A stretch of DNA of 61,516 bases, filler included, from Actinomycetota bacterium (lineage in GTDB: Bacteria > Actinomycetota > Acidimicrobiia > IMCC26256 > VFJJ01), in assembly GCA_009886115.1 (NCBI GenBank). It is 5 parts of 5 records of this genome, joined end to end, with 100 filler letters (N's around TTAATTAATTAA, not from the genome) between each part and the next. Parts side by side here need not be neighbours in the genome. Positions count along the whole stretch, not along the records: positions 1 to 10,560 come from VFJJ01000070.1; positions 10,661 to 28,049 come from VFJJ01000184.1; 3 more parts are not named here. One strand, 5' to 3'. The position numbers and the translations under genes are program-made. This document shows, in pieces, positions 10,100 to 22,000 of the stretch; the stretch's first letter is position 1, and every line of letters starts with the position of its first letter. Below the pieces are notes generated by a model. The model ran no database searches, was not told the origin of the DNA, and saw only the letters and a program-made list of their open reading frames with translations.

Positions 10100-10560
10100 C
10101 GGCCGACCCGGCAGGCTGGGTGGCGGGCGGCACGGCGGCCGACGGGGCGGCCGGACCGGGCTGTGGCGCTGGCTGGGCGGTACGCGCCGGGCGGGTCGTG
10201 TCGCACCCGCGGATCGGGTGTTCTTCGCGGCGCTGGCGTGTGGGGTCGTCGTGTCGGCGCTCTCGCTGGTGTCGGGTGCCCGCCCGGCGTTGGCGGGCTC
10301 GCCGATCACGGGAGCCGGTTCCACGTTCGCGCAGATCGCCATCGAGCAGTGGCGGGTCGGCGCGGCGAACCAGCTCGGTCTGACGGTCGACTACCAGCCG
10401 AACGGCTCGTCGGGCGGGCGTCAGTACTTCGCGTCGGGGCTGGTCGACTTCGCGTCGTCGGACATCTCGTTCGAGGCCGGTGAGCCGACGGGGTCTCGTG
10501 GGTTCACGTACCTGCCTTTGGTGGCCGGCGGCACGGCGTTGATGTTCAACCTGCGCGACA
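10086..10560 (+). CDS. PstS-like phosphate-binding protein, 3'-truncated by the contig end
   Basis: ITGAGSTF, YQPNGSSGGR and VDFASSD motifs after a signal peptide. Confidence 0.75.
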
Positions 10561-10660
10561 NNNNNNNNNNNNNNNNNNNNNNNNNNNNNNNNNNNNNNNN
10601 NNNNTTAATTAATTAANNNNNNNNNNNNNNNNNNNNNNNNNNNNNNNNNNNNNNNNNNNN
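10561..10660. other. Artificial contig linker
   Basis: N44-TTAATTAATTAA-N44, which places stops in all frames. Confidence 0.98.
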
Positions 10661-11244
10661 GAGACGGCCTCGACCTCGCTCGCGCGCCCCACGAACGACG
10701 ACAACTGCAACGGCAGGTTCGTCGACGCGGCCGTCAACGACCGCAACGCCGCGAACGCACCGCCGCCGACCTGCCACACGTGCTCCGCCCGAGAGAGGTC
10801 ACGCAGCCGATGCTCACCCAGATCGTGCAGGTCATCTCGCTCGCGGACCAACTCGACGGTCGCCGAACTGCACACGACCTGCCCACCGTGCGCCACGCCC
10901 ATCAGGCGCGCACACCGGTTCAAGGTCGACCCGAAGTAGTCGTCGTCGCGCAGCTCCGCCTCACCGGTGTGCAATCCCACCCGCACCGGCAGCACCTCGG
11001 CCAACCGCACCTGCGCATCCACCGCCGCGTTCACCGCATCGGCCGCTGACGCGAACACCGCCGCCACGCCATCACCGGTGTGCTTGAACAACCAACCGCG
11101 GCGCTTGTCGATCACCTCACGCCAGATCGCGTCGTGCTCGACCAACAACGCCCGCATCAACTCCGGCTCGTCCTGCCACCGACGCGTCGAACCCTCGATG
11201 TCGCTGAACAAGAAGGTCACCGTCCCCGACGGCAGCGCGCTCAT
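10661..11244 (-). CDS. Class III adenylate/guanylate cyclase domain plus start of a STAND ATPase, truncated by the contig end
   Basis: TFLFSDIEGST, KHTGDG, RVGLHTG, DYFGSTLNRCARL, NLPLQLSSFVGR. Confidence 0.88.
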
Positions 11245-13884
11245 GAGGTGGCCTCGAGTTCGGCGATGAGGGCGAACAGTTCTCGGCGCGCCAGTCGGGC
11301 CGGGGGAAGTGGTGTCGGGATGCCGGCGTCGGTCAGCGCCGCGACGGTGTCGGCACGGACCCACGCGAGGTTGGCGCGGGTCTGCCATTCGGGGAAGGCC
11401 TCGGCGTGGGCGCCGAGGCGCCGGGCGGCGTCGAGCCGACCGGTGCGGGCCGCGAGCATGGCCAGGGTCACCACCGAGCCGTGCAACGCATAGGGCGAGC
11501 CGGCGCGATCGCTCGTCCGGGCGGCATCTGCGGCGACCGAGATCCCGGCCCCTGGATCGAGATCGGTCAGCGCGATCGCCGTGTGGACGCGGAGCCACGC
11601 ACCGGTGTACGTCGCCGTGACCTGCTCGGGGACGTCGGCGCCCAGGAGGCGGAGTCCGCGCTCGAGATCGCGATGCAACCCGATCGCCGTGCCGGCCGCG
11701 CACAGCCGCGCGGTGAGATGCGTGTCCGGGTGGTCGCGGCACTCGCGCAGGACCTCCTCGATCAGCTCCTCGCTGTCCTCGTAGCCGTGGACCCGGAGAT
11801 GGGCATCGAGCCAGATCGCACGCATCGTCCACCTCGTGTAGCGGGTGTGGCACTCCGCGGCCCGCACCGCCTGGCTCATGAGTTCGAGCTCCTCGTCGTA
11901 GTGGCCCTCGTACGCCGCCAATAGACCCAAGCCATGCAGCGCGAACGGGTGGGGCTCCACGCCGGCCGCCGCGGCAATCGCCATGCTCTCGGCCGCGCGA
12001 CGATCCGGGAGGCCGGCGCTGCCTTCCGCAATAGCTGCCACACAGATCACCGCCCGTGTGTCGACGTCCTCCCGCGACGTACAGGGGTGACCGGCTTCGA
12101 CCACCGCCTCCAGCCAGCGAACCAGCAGTGCAGGTGCGCTCAGGCCGAAGAATGCCGGGGCGCTGAGCCCGAGCCGTCGGAGCTCCTCCCAGCGACCGTC
12201 GTCGATCAACAGCTCGGCGACGGCGGTGACGTTGTCCGTCTCGGCCATGAGCGTCGTTGCCGCACCCACCTACTGGCGTGGGTCCTCATAGCGCGGACCG
12301 ACATCGGCGACCAGCGCGCAGCAGTGGTCGATGAAGCGATCGCGGATGGCGTCGGCTTCGTCTGCTTCCGCAGCGCGATCGGTGCCGAACTGTCGCAGCG
12401 TCTCGAGCAGCCGGTACCGGCCGGTTCCGGGATCGTGCTGCACGAGCGAGCGGTCGACGAGGTGCAGCACCTCGTCGAGGGCCCCAGGCTCACCGACGAC
12501 TGCCTCCGCCGCGGCGAGATCGAAGCTCGACGGGAAGACCGACAAACGACGGAACACCCGCTGCTCCTCGGCGGACAGCAGGTCGTAGGACCACGACACC
12601 GCGGCCTGCAGGGTGCGGTGACGCTCCTGCGCGCGGCGCGCGCCAGAGAGGAGGCGGAACCGTTCGTCGAGCCGGCCGGCGATCTGGTTGGGGGTCATGG
12701 CCCGCACCCGGGCCGCGGCCAGCTCCATGGCGAGGGGGATCCCGTCGAGCTTGCGGCAGATCTCCACCACCGCAGCCCGGTTGCTGTCATCGAGCGCGAA
12801 ATCGCCGTCGGCGGCCGACGCCCGCTCGACGAATATTCGCACCGCGTCCGACGCGGCCACCGCCGCGGGGTCGGTGTCGTCGTCGGGCACGGCCAACGAG
12901 CGGACGCGGCGCACGACCTCGCCGTCGACTCCCAGCGGTTCGCGCGAGGTCACGATCACGTGGACCTCGGGGGCTGCGGTGACGACTGCGTCCACGAGAT
13001 CGGCCGCGGCGTCGAGGACGTGCTCGCAGTTGTCCATCACCAACACGAGTCGCCGGCCGGAGAGGTACTCGATCAACCCCGTCGCATCCACACCGACGGT
13101 TGCCGCCACCCCGAGCGCGGCGGCCGTCGCGCGGGCCACCCCGGCCGTGTCGGCGACCGGCGCGAGCTCGACGAACCACACACCGTCGAAGAACTCCGAC
13201 GCCGCTGCGGCCGCGACGGCCAACGAGAGACGGGTCTTGCCGACCCCACCGGTGCCGGTGAGGGTGACGATCCGCTGCGCGAGCACCAGGCGCGAGAGCT
13301 CGTCGATGCTTTCGCCGCGTCCGACCAGTTCGGTGAGCATCGTCGGGAGGTTCGACGATGCGGCGTTCATGGATCGCAGCGCGGCGAACTCGCGATCGCC
13401 GAGCTGGAACACCCGCTGCGGTGCAGTGAGATCCCTCAGACGGTGCTCGCCGAGGTCGCGTCGCTCGACGGCCGCGTCGAGCAGGGACGCGGTCGTCGCC
13501 GACACCAGCACCTGGCCCCCGTGGCCGACGGCCATCAGCCGCGCCGCCCGGTTCACCGCAGGCCCGAAGTAGTCGCCGCCGCGCTCTTGGACCTCGCCGG
13601 TGTGCAGGCCCCATGCGCACCCGGAGCAACGGGTTGTCGGAGAGAGCGGCTTGCGCCTTCAGCGCGGCGTCCACCGCATCGCCGGCGCGCGAGAACGCCG
13701 CCGCGAACCCGTCGCCGCCCGTGGAGAACACGTACCCGCCGTGCGCATCAATCGCGGAGCGAACAACGCCGTCGTGTTCGCCGAGCGCCGAGCGCATCTC
13801 GTCGGGCCGCTCCTCCCACAAGCGCGTCGAACCCTCGATGTCGGTGAACAGGAACGTCACCGTCCCCGTCGGCGGCCCGGTCAC
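11241..13884 (-). pseudogene. Class III cyclase-STAND (NB-ARC-like) ATPase-TPR protein, interrupted
   Basis: Cyclase frame breaks at about 13610 (one extra base in ATG GGG C CTG CAC); Walker A GTGGVGKT and DNCEH follow; in-frame TAG at 12270-12272, after which the same frame continues to 11241. Confidence 0.8.
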
Positions 13885-14037
13885 CGGAGCAGCTCCAGCG
13901 CGAAGCCGGTGGGCTCGTCGAGTGTCATGGCCTCACCGTGACGTCGGGTGGCGGTGAGGACGCTGGGTGGGCGTCGACGGCGACCGCGCCCAGGGCTGGG
14001 CCGCGCCGACGAGGACCGGAGCGCGATCCCGACCGGG

Positions 14038-15312
14038 TCATCGTCGGAAGTGCAACCGCACAGGCAGCCGATCGAGCGACACGGCGACCGCCGCGTCGGG
14101 ACCCGTGGCGAGCCATCGGGGTTCACCGGTGCGCTCGATGTGGGTCGTGCGCGCGAGGAGCTGTTCGAACATCGTGCGGATCTCGCGGCGGGCGAGGTGC
14201 GCGCCGAGGCAGAAGTGCGGGCCGCCACCACCGAAAGCCACATGCCGGTTCGGGCTGCGGTCGAGGTCGAGACGGAACGGCTCGGCGAAGACACGCTCGT
14301 CGAAGTTGGCGCTCGGGAACCACATCGTGATGCGATCGCCCGCCCGCAGGTCGCGACCACCGAGCACGGTGTCATGGTTGACGGTGCGACCGAAGCTCGT
14401 CACTGGGCTCGCCCACCGGATCAACTCCTCGATCGCGATGTCGGGGACACCGTCGCGGGCGCGGAGGTCGGCATCGGCCTCGGGGTGGTCGAGCAACGCG
14501 CGCACACCCTGCGAGATCACATTGCGCGTGGTCTCGCTTCCTGCGATCGACAAGACGAGGAAGAACATGTCGAGCTCGAGGTCCGACAGCGTCGACCGCC
14601 CACCTCGTTCGTCCTCGATCGCCGCCGCCGCAAGGAGGCTCCACACGTCGTCGGCGGGATTGCGCCGCTTCTCGGCACCGAGCCGCTGCGCGTACGCGAA
14701 CAGCTCCGCCTCGAGCTGCGCCCGCTCCTCGAGCGTGATCCCGGCCCGGGGATCGTTGGAGCGCATGATGCGGTCGGTGTGCGAGAACACCCAGCTGCGA
14801 TCCTGGTCGGGCATGCCGACGATGTCCGCGATGATGTGCATCGGCAGCGGGTACGCCAGGTCTCGCACCAGGTCGCAGTCCCCTCCCGCGGCCGCGACGC
14901 CGTCGAGGATCTGCGTCGTGCGCCGCAGGACCTGTTCCTCGAGATGGGCGATCATGCGCGGCGTGAAGCCGGCGCTCACGAGCTTGCGCAGCCGGGTGTG
15001 CGTGTCCCCGTCGGACGAGGTCATCGCGATGCCGCTGCGATCCGCCGGGTTGGGGATGACCATCGGGCCCGCGGCCGCGGAGAAGGCCTCCGACGCGCGT
15101 GCGGCCTCCTGGAGCTCCGGGTGGCCGATCACGACCCAGAAGCCGAAGCCATCGGGCGAGCGGCGCATCGGCACGGTGGGGTGCCGCAGCACTGCGCCCT
15201 GGCGCCGCAGCTCGGCGAACAGCTCGTGCGGGAAGCCGTGGCGATATAGCTCGGTGTCGGTGAGATCGACATCGATCTCACCGTCACGCAGTTCGGTCGG
15301 TGCGGTGTGCAT
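14038..15312 (-). CDS. Cytochrome P450 (CYP124/125/142-like)
   Basis: IAGSETTRN I-helix, EELIR (ExxR) and FGGGGPHFCLG heme motif. Confidence 0.92.
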   Translation of the reverse strand: MHTAPTELRDGEIDVDLTDTELYRHGFPHELFAELRRQGAVLRHPTVPMRRSPDGFGFWVVIGHPELQEAARASEAFSAAAGPMVIPNPADRSGIAMTSSDGDTHTRLRKLVSAGFTPRMIAHLEEQVLRRTTQILDGVAAAGGDCDLVRDLAYPLPMHIIADIVGMPDQDRSWVFSHTDRIMRSNDPRAGITLEERAQLEAELFAYAQRLGAEKRRNPADDVWSLLAAAAIEDERGGRSTLSDLELDMFFLVLSIAGSETTRNVISQGVRALLDHPEADADLRARDGVPDIAIEELIRWASPVTSFGRTVNHDTVLGGRDLRAGDRITMWFPSANFDERVFAEPFRLDLDRSPNRHVAFGGGGPHFCLGAHLARREIRTMFEQLLARTTHIERTGEPRWLATGPDAAVAVSLDRLPVRLHFRR

Positions 15313-15479
15313 CGGCGCCCCCCAGCACGATGGCCCTCCGCACGCTACATCGCCGCAGGTCACCTCGCAGTTCCACCCGCCTCGACCAGTCGCGCCGGGC
15401 GCCCGCCGTCGAGGTCGAATGGGTACTCCCGGCGCCAACTGCAGTCGCCGCGGCGCGCGAGCGCGGCACGGGGCGGCAC

Positions 15480-15975
15480 ATGACCGAGGATGCGCGGGAC
15501 ACGTCCGGGCCGGTGCCGTTCCGGGTCGAGTTCACCGCCGACGCCATCGACGACCTCGCGATCCACTTCCTGCACGTCCGCTCACCACACCCGCACGCAA
15601 TGCCCCTCGTGCTCACCCCGGCTTCCCCGGTTCCATCGTCGAGTTCCTCGGCGTGCGACTGGGGCGCGTTCGTCACCACCACCACAGCGCCGTCGGCGCC
15701 GGCTACAGCGCGATCCAGTCCACCCGACCGCAGACCGTCGGCTATGGCCTCACCGACTCGCCGATCGGCCAGTGCGCCTGGATCCTCGAGAAGTTCTGGG
15801 CCTGGACCGACTGCCACGGCGACCCCGACCGAGCCGTCAGCCGCGACACCATCCTCGACAACATCTCGATCTGCTGGTTCACCGCCACCGCCGCCTCCGC
15901 CGCCCGCATGTACTGGGTGTTGGGCGCGGCACGCTCGATGTGGCGCCTGTCGACATCCCGACGGGCGTGTCGGAT
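15480..15975 (+). pseudogene. Epoxide hydrolase remnant with several internal deletions
   Basis: PFRVEF..IDDL|AIHFLHVRSPHPHAMPLVLT, GFPGSIVEF, DWG and QSTRPQTVGYGLTDSP..WILEKF spread over different frames. Confidence 0.8.
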
Positions 15976-16247
15976 GGGTCACCCGCGCCAGCGGGAGCCA
16001 GGCGATCAGCACGGGGACGCGGGTGCGGTCTCGGGAGTGGGCCCGCGCGATCTACCGGGCCCACCCTCACCTGGTCGGTCTCGCCTACCGTTCATCGGTC
16101 TGGGGTCCCGGCCGGTGCGCAGTCCTCTGGGAACGAGCCGAGCGGGCCTTCCCGAAGACCCCGAGCGCGACCAGAACGCTCGACGACCCTGCCCTGGCCA
16201 TCCCCATCGCCACCCCAGCAACGAAACTCGGCACGTTCGCCGTCTGA
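15976..16247 (+). pseudogene. C-terminal fragment of a RES-domain protein
   Basis: SREWARAIY...GLAYRSS...CAVLWERA, with no recognisable N-terminus. Confidence 0.65.
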
Positions 16248-16312
16248 GCGGCCAGAGACGAGACTCCACGAGCTTTACACACACGATCGGACAGGCCCGA
16301 CGGCCCCCCAGG

Positions 16313-17761
16313 TCAACCCACGAGGTGGATGATCGGCTCGCTCTGAAACCCGAACTGGAGTTGGGCGACACCCGAAGGTGTGTCGATGAGGGCTGGTTCG
16401 AAGACCCAGGCGTCGACGGCCTTGACCTTGGTGGTGCTGGCGTAGAGGCGGTACACGTAGATGGCGCGAAAGTTGACGAGGCGTCGAGGTTGGCTCGTGC
16501 CGTTGGGCCAACTTTCGAGCACGGGGATCACCCCGAAACGTCCGTCGGTCACCATCTCGTACTCGAAGATCGGTCGCGGTGGTACCTGGGCCGGGGGGAG
16601 GCCGGCTGCGGTGCAGTTCGGAAGCGTCTCGGTTGTGGTCGCGTAGTTGTACACATACCCGGCGAGGAAGCATTCGAGTCGCAGGTCACCCGCGGTGTAG
16701 GAGGCGTGCCCGATCGGGGGTGTGGGCACCGAGGTGACCTCGGGGTAGAACGCGCTCCGAGCCGCGGGGGTGAGCCAGGTGTAGGCGTGACGACCGTTGA
16801 TGGTGGTTCCCAGGACGGTGATCGTGGGGGTGGCCGGCGTCGCGCAATCGCCAGGTGCGGGTTCGACGAGGTTCTCGACCGTGAGGTCGGGACGCTGCAG
16901 CCGACCACAGAAGTGGATCGTTCCGAAGTCGGTGGTCGGGGCGTCGAAGCCGGTGACGTAGCCCTCGGTGACGGGCGGGACCTGGTTCCCCGTCGCGGCG
17001 TTCAGGTAGTTCGCCACTTTGGCCGAGGTGACGTTCGAGAGCGTGCACGGGCTCGACTTGTCGCCGTCGCAGACCTTGGGGTCGGTCCCGTAGATCCCAA
17101 TCGTGTGGTCGATCCCCATGGCGTAGTTGATCGCCAGTTCGGTCTGGTCGACGTTGCTCGCCGCTGGGTAGATGCGCAGTCGGGGCGAATCGAGCGAGCC
17201 GAAGTTCCCTGTCGTCCTGGCGTCGCAGTCGATGTCGTCGCCTGAGTTCTCGATGCACAGGTTCCCTGTACCGGCCGCTGCGGTCACCGCGGCGGGGATG
17301 ATCCGGTCGTCGCGGTTGAGAATGGCCTCGGCTGTAGCGGCTGCGGTCACGTCGATGTTGTCGACGCCGAGCACCTGACCGAACAGTGATGGGACGTCGT
17401 GTTCCGGGAGCAGGACCCTGACCGTCGAATGGGCTGAATCGACTGAGATACAGGTGTTCGAGTTCGTCAGGTCAGGGTGTACGGGCAGCGCGAGGGCATC
17501 TGAGCATCCGACCCACTCGTCGAGCTCGACATCGAAGTTCGTCGCGGCGTATTCCTTGACGCGAGTCACGACCTTCACGAGATCCGGGAGGTCCTGCGCG
17601 CCCGCCAGGGCAGCAGCGTCGGCGCTGTGCTGGGCCTGGCGCTTCTGCTGGCGGGCATTGGCAAGATCCATGATCATCGCGGCGAACCCAAGCATCACCG
17701 TCAGGATGAGCATGAACAGCACGAGGATGGCGCCCCGCTCATCCGGGGCCCGTCGTCTCAC
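16313..17761 (-). CDS. TadG-like pseudopilin / Tad domain protein
   Basis: Prepilin-like DERG|AILVLF and QAQHSADAAALAGA; GTGA overlap with the upstream TadE stop (start could also be 17767 or 17770). Confidence 0.8.
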   Translation of the reverse strand: MRRRAPDERGAILVLFMLILTVMLGFAAMIMDLANARQQKRQAQHSADAAALAGAQDLPDLVKVVTRVKEYAATNFDVELDEWVGCSDALALPVHPDLTNSNTCISVDSAHSTVRVLLPEHDVPSLFGQVLGVDNIDVTAAATAEAILNRDDRIIPAAVTAAAGTGNLCIENSGDDIDCDARTTGNFGSLDSPRLRIYPAASNVDQTELAINYAMGIDHTIGIYGTDPKVCDGDKSSPCTLSNVTSAKVANYLNAATGNQVPPVTEGYVTGFDAPTTDFGTIHFCGRLQRPDLTVENLVEPAPGDCATPATPTITVLGTTINGRHAYTWLTPAARSAFYPEVTSVPTPPIGHASYTAGDLRLECFLAGYVYNYATTTETLPNCTAAGLPPAQVPPRPIFEYEMVTDGRFGVIPVLESWPNGTSQPRRLVNFRAIYVYRLYASTTKVKAVDAWVFEPALIDTPSGVAQLQFGFQSEPIIHLVG

Positions 17762-18300
17762 GGGCACCACGACCAGTTCCGCCCCGTTGGCGGAGTCTCG
17801 GCAGCCTCGGCGAAATCGACGTCGATCTGCTCGATCCGCATCTCCACCTTGGCTTCGAGCGTTCGGCCGTCCAACACCGGATCGAACAGCCCCGTGACTG
17901 AGTCGAGCGGGTATTGGACGCACACGACCATCCGGCTTCCCAGCGTGTAGTCCCCAGGAACGCTGACCTTGACCCGGGTGAGCGTCGCGTCAAGCCCGGT
18001 ACGCGACTTAACGAGACACATCAACCGACCAGCCACCGTGGACGGGTCGACACCAGTCAGCGTGCACGACGTGTCGACACCGAAGTCGGCCACCACCGCC
18101 TGCCGGGCTCCCTCCCGGGCCCCCTGCCGCAACGTGCCATAGTCGTTGAACGCAATCCCGAACTCGGCCGCACCCAGGACCACCATGAGCATCAGCGGGA
18201 CAACTATTGAGAACTCGACTAGTGCCGATCCCAGCTCCGAACCCCGCGTGCGACCCCGACGCAGAATCAAACAGACCTGGGCACGCCAGCGACTGAGCAC
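17758..18300 (-). CDS. TadE-family pseudopilin
   Basis: ELG|SALVEFSIVVPL...AREGARQA. Confidence 0.85.
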   Translation of the reverse strand: MLSRWRAQVCLILRRGRTRGSELGSALVEFSIVVPLMLMVVLGAAEFGIAFNDYGTLRQGAREGARQAVVADFGVDTSCTLTGVDPSTVAGRLMCLVKSRTGLDATLTRVKVSVPGDYTLGSRMVVCVQYPLDSVTGLFDPVLDGRTLEAKVEMRIEQIDVDFAEAAETPPTGRNWSWCP

Positions 18301-18429
18301 CTCGTCAGGATCGACCCAACCTGGTCGCAGCTTGACAAGTGAGCGTCGGACACTCCCTCGTGCGACCGCGAATCGCGCCGGTTACCTCCACCTTGGGTGA
18401 TTTCCTCAGTCTCGGTGGAGATTCCCAGG

Positions 18430-18645
18430 GGCACGAGACCGGACAGGCTTTGGCGCCGGTGCAGAGGTGCCGCCCGAGCAGGTGGTCCAGGCGTGTGCGA
18501 AGCGGGCGATACCGGTCGAGCGGAACGGTGATATTCACAGCGGGGCGATCGTGCGGGCATCGAGCTTGATGGTGAAGTCGTCGAGGGTGAACCCGCTGGG
18601 AATCGCTGGATGTCACGGGTCTGGCTTGATCACCGCGGTCATGTC
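18430..18645 (-). mobile_element. Degraded transposase fragment (IS1182-like)
   Basis: MTAVIKP.P*.PAIPSGFTLDDFTI.LDART...GIARF..W..C / LCTGAK, with stops and frameshifts. Confidence 0.5.
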
Positions 18646-18659
18646 TACGGAGAGGGACG

Positions 18660-18910
18660 ACGGCGGGCACACCCGGACCGCGATCCGAACGAGGTCGACG
18701 CCGGTGAGCGACTCGATGACGATGTCACCGCCAGCGACCGAACGGAAAGACTGGGCCTCCGCGGCGGGCCCAACTGACGGGCGATCAGATACGCGGTCTC
18801 GGCAATGACCAACGGTGTCGTCACGAGCGGACCGGGCTGGCGCTCGACGATCTCAGCGCTCGCGCGATGGTCGGGGTCTGCGCTGTCGGCGGCTGCCAGC
18901 AGAACGCCTC
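18660..18910 (-). pseudogene. PIN-domain (VapC-like) toxin remnant
   Basis: GVLLAAADSADPDH...LVTTPLVIAETAYLI, then a frameshift; both ends are missing. Confidence 0.7.
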
Positions 18911-19042
18911 GAGATTGGCGTGAACGTGGTTGATCCGTGCGCGGTGTTGGGCGCGACACGCCGGCGAGGTCCCCCGTGGCGTGGCTGGGCGATCCCCTGA
19001 ACGGGGGATGTAGTGCGTTGGACTGCGGCGCAGGATCGGCTC

Positions 19043-22000
19043 ATGACGGTGCACGCGTTGCCGGTTTCGTGGTTGGATGAGCCGATGGTCGATGGGGCGG
19101 GTCCTGTTTCGCCGGGGTTCTCGTTACCGGTCGGGACGGTGACGTTCCTGTTGACCGACATCGAGGGCTCGACGAGGCGCTGGGAGGCGGCGCCGACCGC
19201 GATGGCGGCGGCGGTGGCTCGCCATTACGAGATCTTGGATGCCGCGATCACCGGCCACCGTGGGGTGCGCCCGGTCGAGCAGGGGGAGGGCGACAGCGTC
19301 GTCGGCGCGTTTGCTCGTGCCTCCGATGCCGTCGCGGCGGCGGTGGACGCGCAGTGTGCGCTGAGTGGCGAACACTGGCCCGATGGGGCAACGGTTCGCG
19401 TCCGGATGGCGTTGCACACCGGGGAGGCGGAGCTGCGCGACGCGGGGAACTACTTCGGCCGGGCCGTCATCCGTTGCGCACGGCTCCGCGCGATCGCCCA
19501 CGGTGGCCAGATCGTGGTGTCGGGAGCGACCGCAGATCTCGTGGTCGACGGGCTGCCGGATGGTGTCTCGCTGGTAGATGCCGGGCTGCACCGGTTGCGT
19601 GACCTCGGTCGACCGGAACGCGTCTGGCAGGTGACCCATCCCGACGTGCCGGGTGGGTTCGGGCCGTTGCGTTCATTGGACGTCCTGCCCAACAACCTGC
19701 CGGTGCAACTCACCAGCTTCGTCGGGCGCGGCCTGGAGCTCGGTGAGCTGCGTGATCTCCTGGCGACGACCCGTCTGTTGTCGGTGACCGGTGCCGGCGG
19801 GTGCGGCAAGACGCGCTTGGCGTTGCAACTCGCGGCCGACGTGCTCGACCGTTACGACGGCGGGTCGTGGCTCGTCGAGTTGGCCGCGGTCACCGATCCT
19901 GATCTGGTTCTCACCGCGATCGCCTCCGGGCTCGGCGAACGAGATCTCGCCGGCGATCTCCTCGAGATCATCGTCGGCCGGCTCGGCGACGAGCCGATAC
20001 TCGTCGTGCTCGACAACTGCGAGCATCTCCTCGACCCGGTGGCCGTGCTGACGCACACCCTGTTGCAGCGTTGTCCCAACCTGACCGTCGTAGCGACCAC
20101 CCGCGAGCCGCTCGGCGTGCCTGGCGAGACGGCCTGGCGGGTCCCGTCGCTCGCCCTCCCCGCCCGCGCGACGACGCTGGCGGTCGGGTCGCTCTCCCAG
20201 TACGACGCGGTGCGCCTGTTTCTCGACCGGGCCACCAAGGCCCGACCGAACTTCCGTCTCACCAACGACAACGCTCCTGCTGTCGCGCAGATCTGCGATC
20301 GCCTCGACGGCATCCCGCTCGCCATCGAGCTCGCCGCGGCCAGGGTGCGCGGGATGGCCGTCGAGCAACTCGCGGCTGGACTCGACGACCGGTTCCGGCT
20401 CCTGACCGGCGGGGCCCGTACCGTTCTGCCCCGCCAGCAGACGTTGCAGGCGTCGGTCGACTGGGGTTACGACCTGCTCTCCGAACGGGAACGTGCCGTG
20501 TTCCGGCGCCTCACCGTGTTCGTCGGCGGTTTCATCCTCGACGCCGCGGAACACGTCGCGGCCAGTGGCGGCATCGAAGCCGTCGAGGTCCTCGATATCC
20601 TCCTCGCTCTCGTCGACAAGTCGATCGTCGTCGCCAACGACGACACCGCCCGGTACGCGATGCTCGAAACGCTCCGCCAGTACGGCGCGGCGCGGCTGCT
20701 CGACGCCGGCGAGACGCCGGCCACTCGCGACCTGCATCTCGCCTGGGCGATCCGGTTCTGCGAGCAGTTCGAGGTGCCGTGGAACCTCACCCGCTCGGTG
20801 CAGCGCGCCCAGCGGCTCGAACCCGAGATCGACAATCTGCGGACGGCGTTCGAATGGGCGATGGTCATCGGAGACGCCGATGCCGCCCATCAGATCGCCG
20901 GCGACCTGGTCATGTGGGGCAACGTCCGTGGCCGTGACGCCCACGAGTCGGTCGCCCTTGCCACCCGGGCGCTCTCGCTCGCCGGTGCCCGGCAGGATCT
21001 GCGCCTCCTCACGATGGCGCAGCTGCTCGTGGCCCGGTCCAGCGCCCGAGACGCCAGCGACGACACGGTCGAGCTCGACATCCTGCTGGGCGAGGCAGGC
21101 GACATCGATGACGACCTGATGCGCTGCCGGGTCCTCAGCCAGGCCGGTCTGGGCAGCTTCCGCACGCCCAGTCGTTCACTCGAGTTCTGGAGCAGTGCCC
21201 TCGAGGCCGCCGACCGGACCGGTATCGCCGAGCTGCAGAGCGCGGTGGCAGCCGGTCTCGCCTCAGCGCACATGCTCACGGGACAGCGCGACGAGGCCGG
21301 ACGGCTCGCCGTCGGGCTGCTCGACAACCCTGATCCCGGCACCGCCATGCTCGCCGCCCACGTCATGATGATCCTCACGGTCGAGGGCGGCCGCTACGAC
21401 GAGGCGCGCCGCTTGATCGACGTCGTCGAGGCGGCGCCGACGTTCCCGACCGGCCCGTTCACGGCCAGGTGCAGCGTTGCCAACCGACGCGCCTGGATCG
21501 CTCTCGCCCAAAGATCCGACACCGTCGAGACCGGCGACACCGCAGCGGCCGCGGCTCTGCTCGCCGAGGCTCGTCGCCGCCGGTTTCCCGTCGCCATCCA
21601 GCTGCTCGGGTGGCTGCCCGGCGTCCACGCCCTGCTCGGAGGCGATGCGGCGACCGCCGTGCGCGAGCTGGTCGCTTGGCGCTCGGAGACCCCCGGACAC
21701 ACCAGCACGTTCGGGCTTCTCCCCTTCGACGTCCATGCGCTCCTCGCCTCCGATCGGTTCGACGACGCTCGTACCGCCATCCAATCCATACGCCGAACGC
21801 TGCGCGAACCGATCGCAATCATCGAGCAGCCCCTCGTCCATGTCGACGGGCTGCTCGCCCGCGTTTCGGGCGATCTCGCCGGCGCCGAGCGGCTCCACCA
21901 CGAAGCGCTCGCATTGCAGCACGCCGGCGGTTGGCGACCCGACCTCGTCCACACGCTCGAAGCCCTGGCCGGTATCGCCGCCGCGGCCGATTCCCACGTG

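Noticed and set aside
10561..10660. TTAATTAATTAA motifs inside N-runs (also 28050, 49244, 54573) and gene adjacency across them
   Set aside because: These are artificial contig linkers; neighbours across them are not evidence of linkage.
12270..12272. In-frame TAG as possible pyrrolysine or readthrough
   Set aside because: The same gene also has a frameshift near 13610 and no pyl genes are in the window. A nonsense mutation (e.g. TGG to TAG) or a sequencing error is simpler.
13881..13928. 15-aa [18 protein letters not shown] coupled to the cyclase start
   Set aside because: Too short to distinguish a leader peptide from a deletion remnant or chance.
13967..17245. Long alternative-frame ORFs (e.g. 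13967-17245 +, 37375-39966 -, 2094-3938 +, 30020-31723 +, and the 5' part of 55383-58502)
   Set aside because: These are shadow ORFs caused by high GC and overlap well-supported genes. Only the embedded epoxide hydrolase fragment and the part from 57039 are retained.
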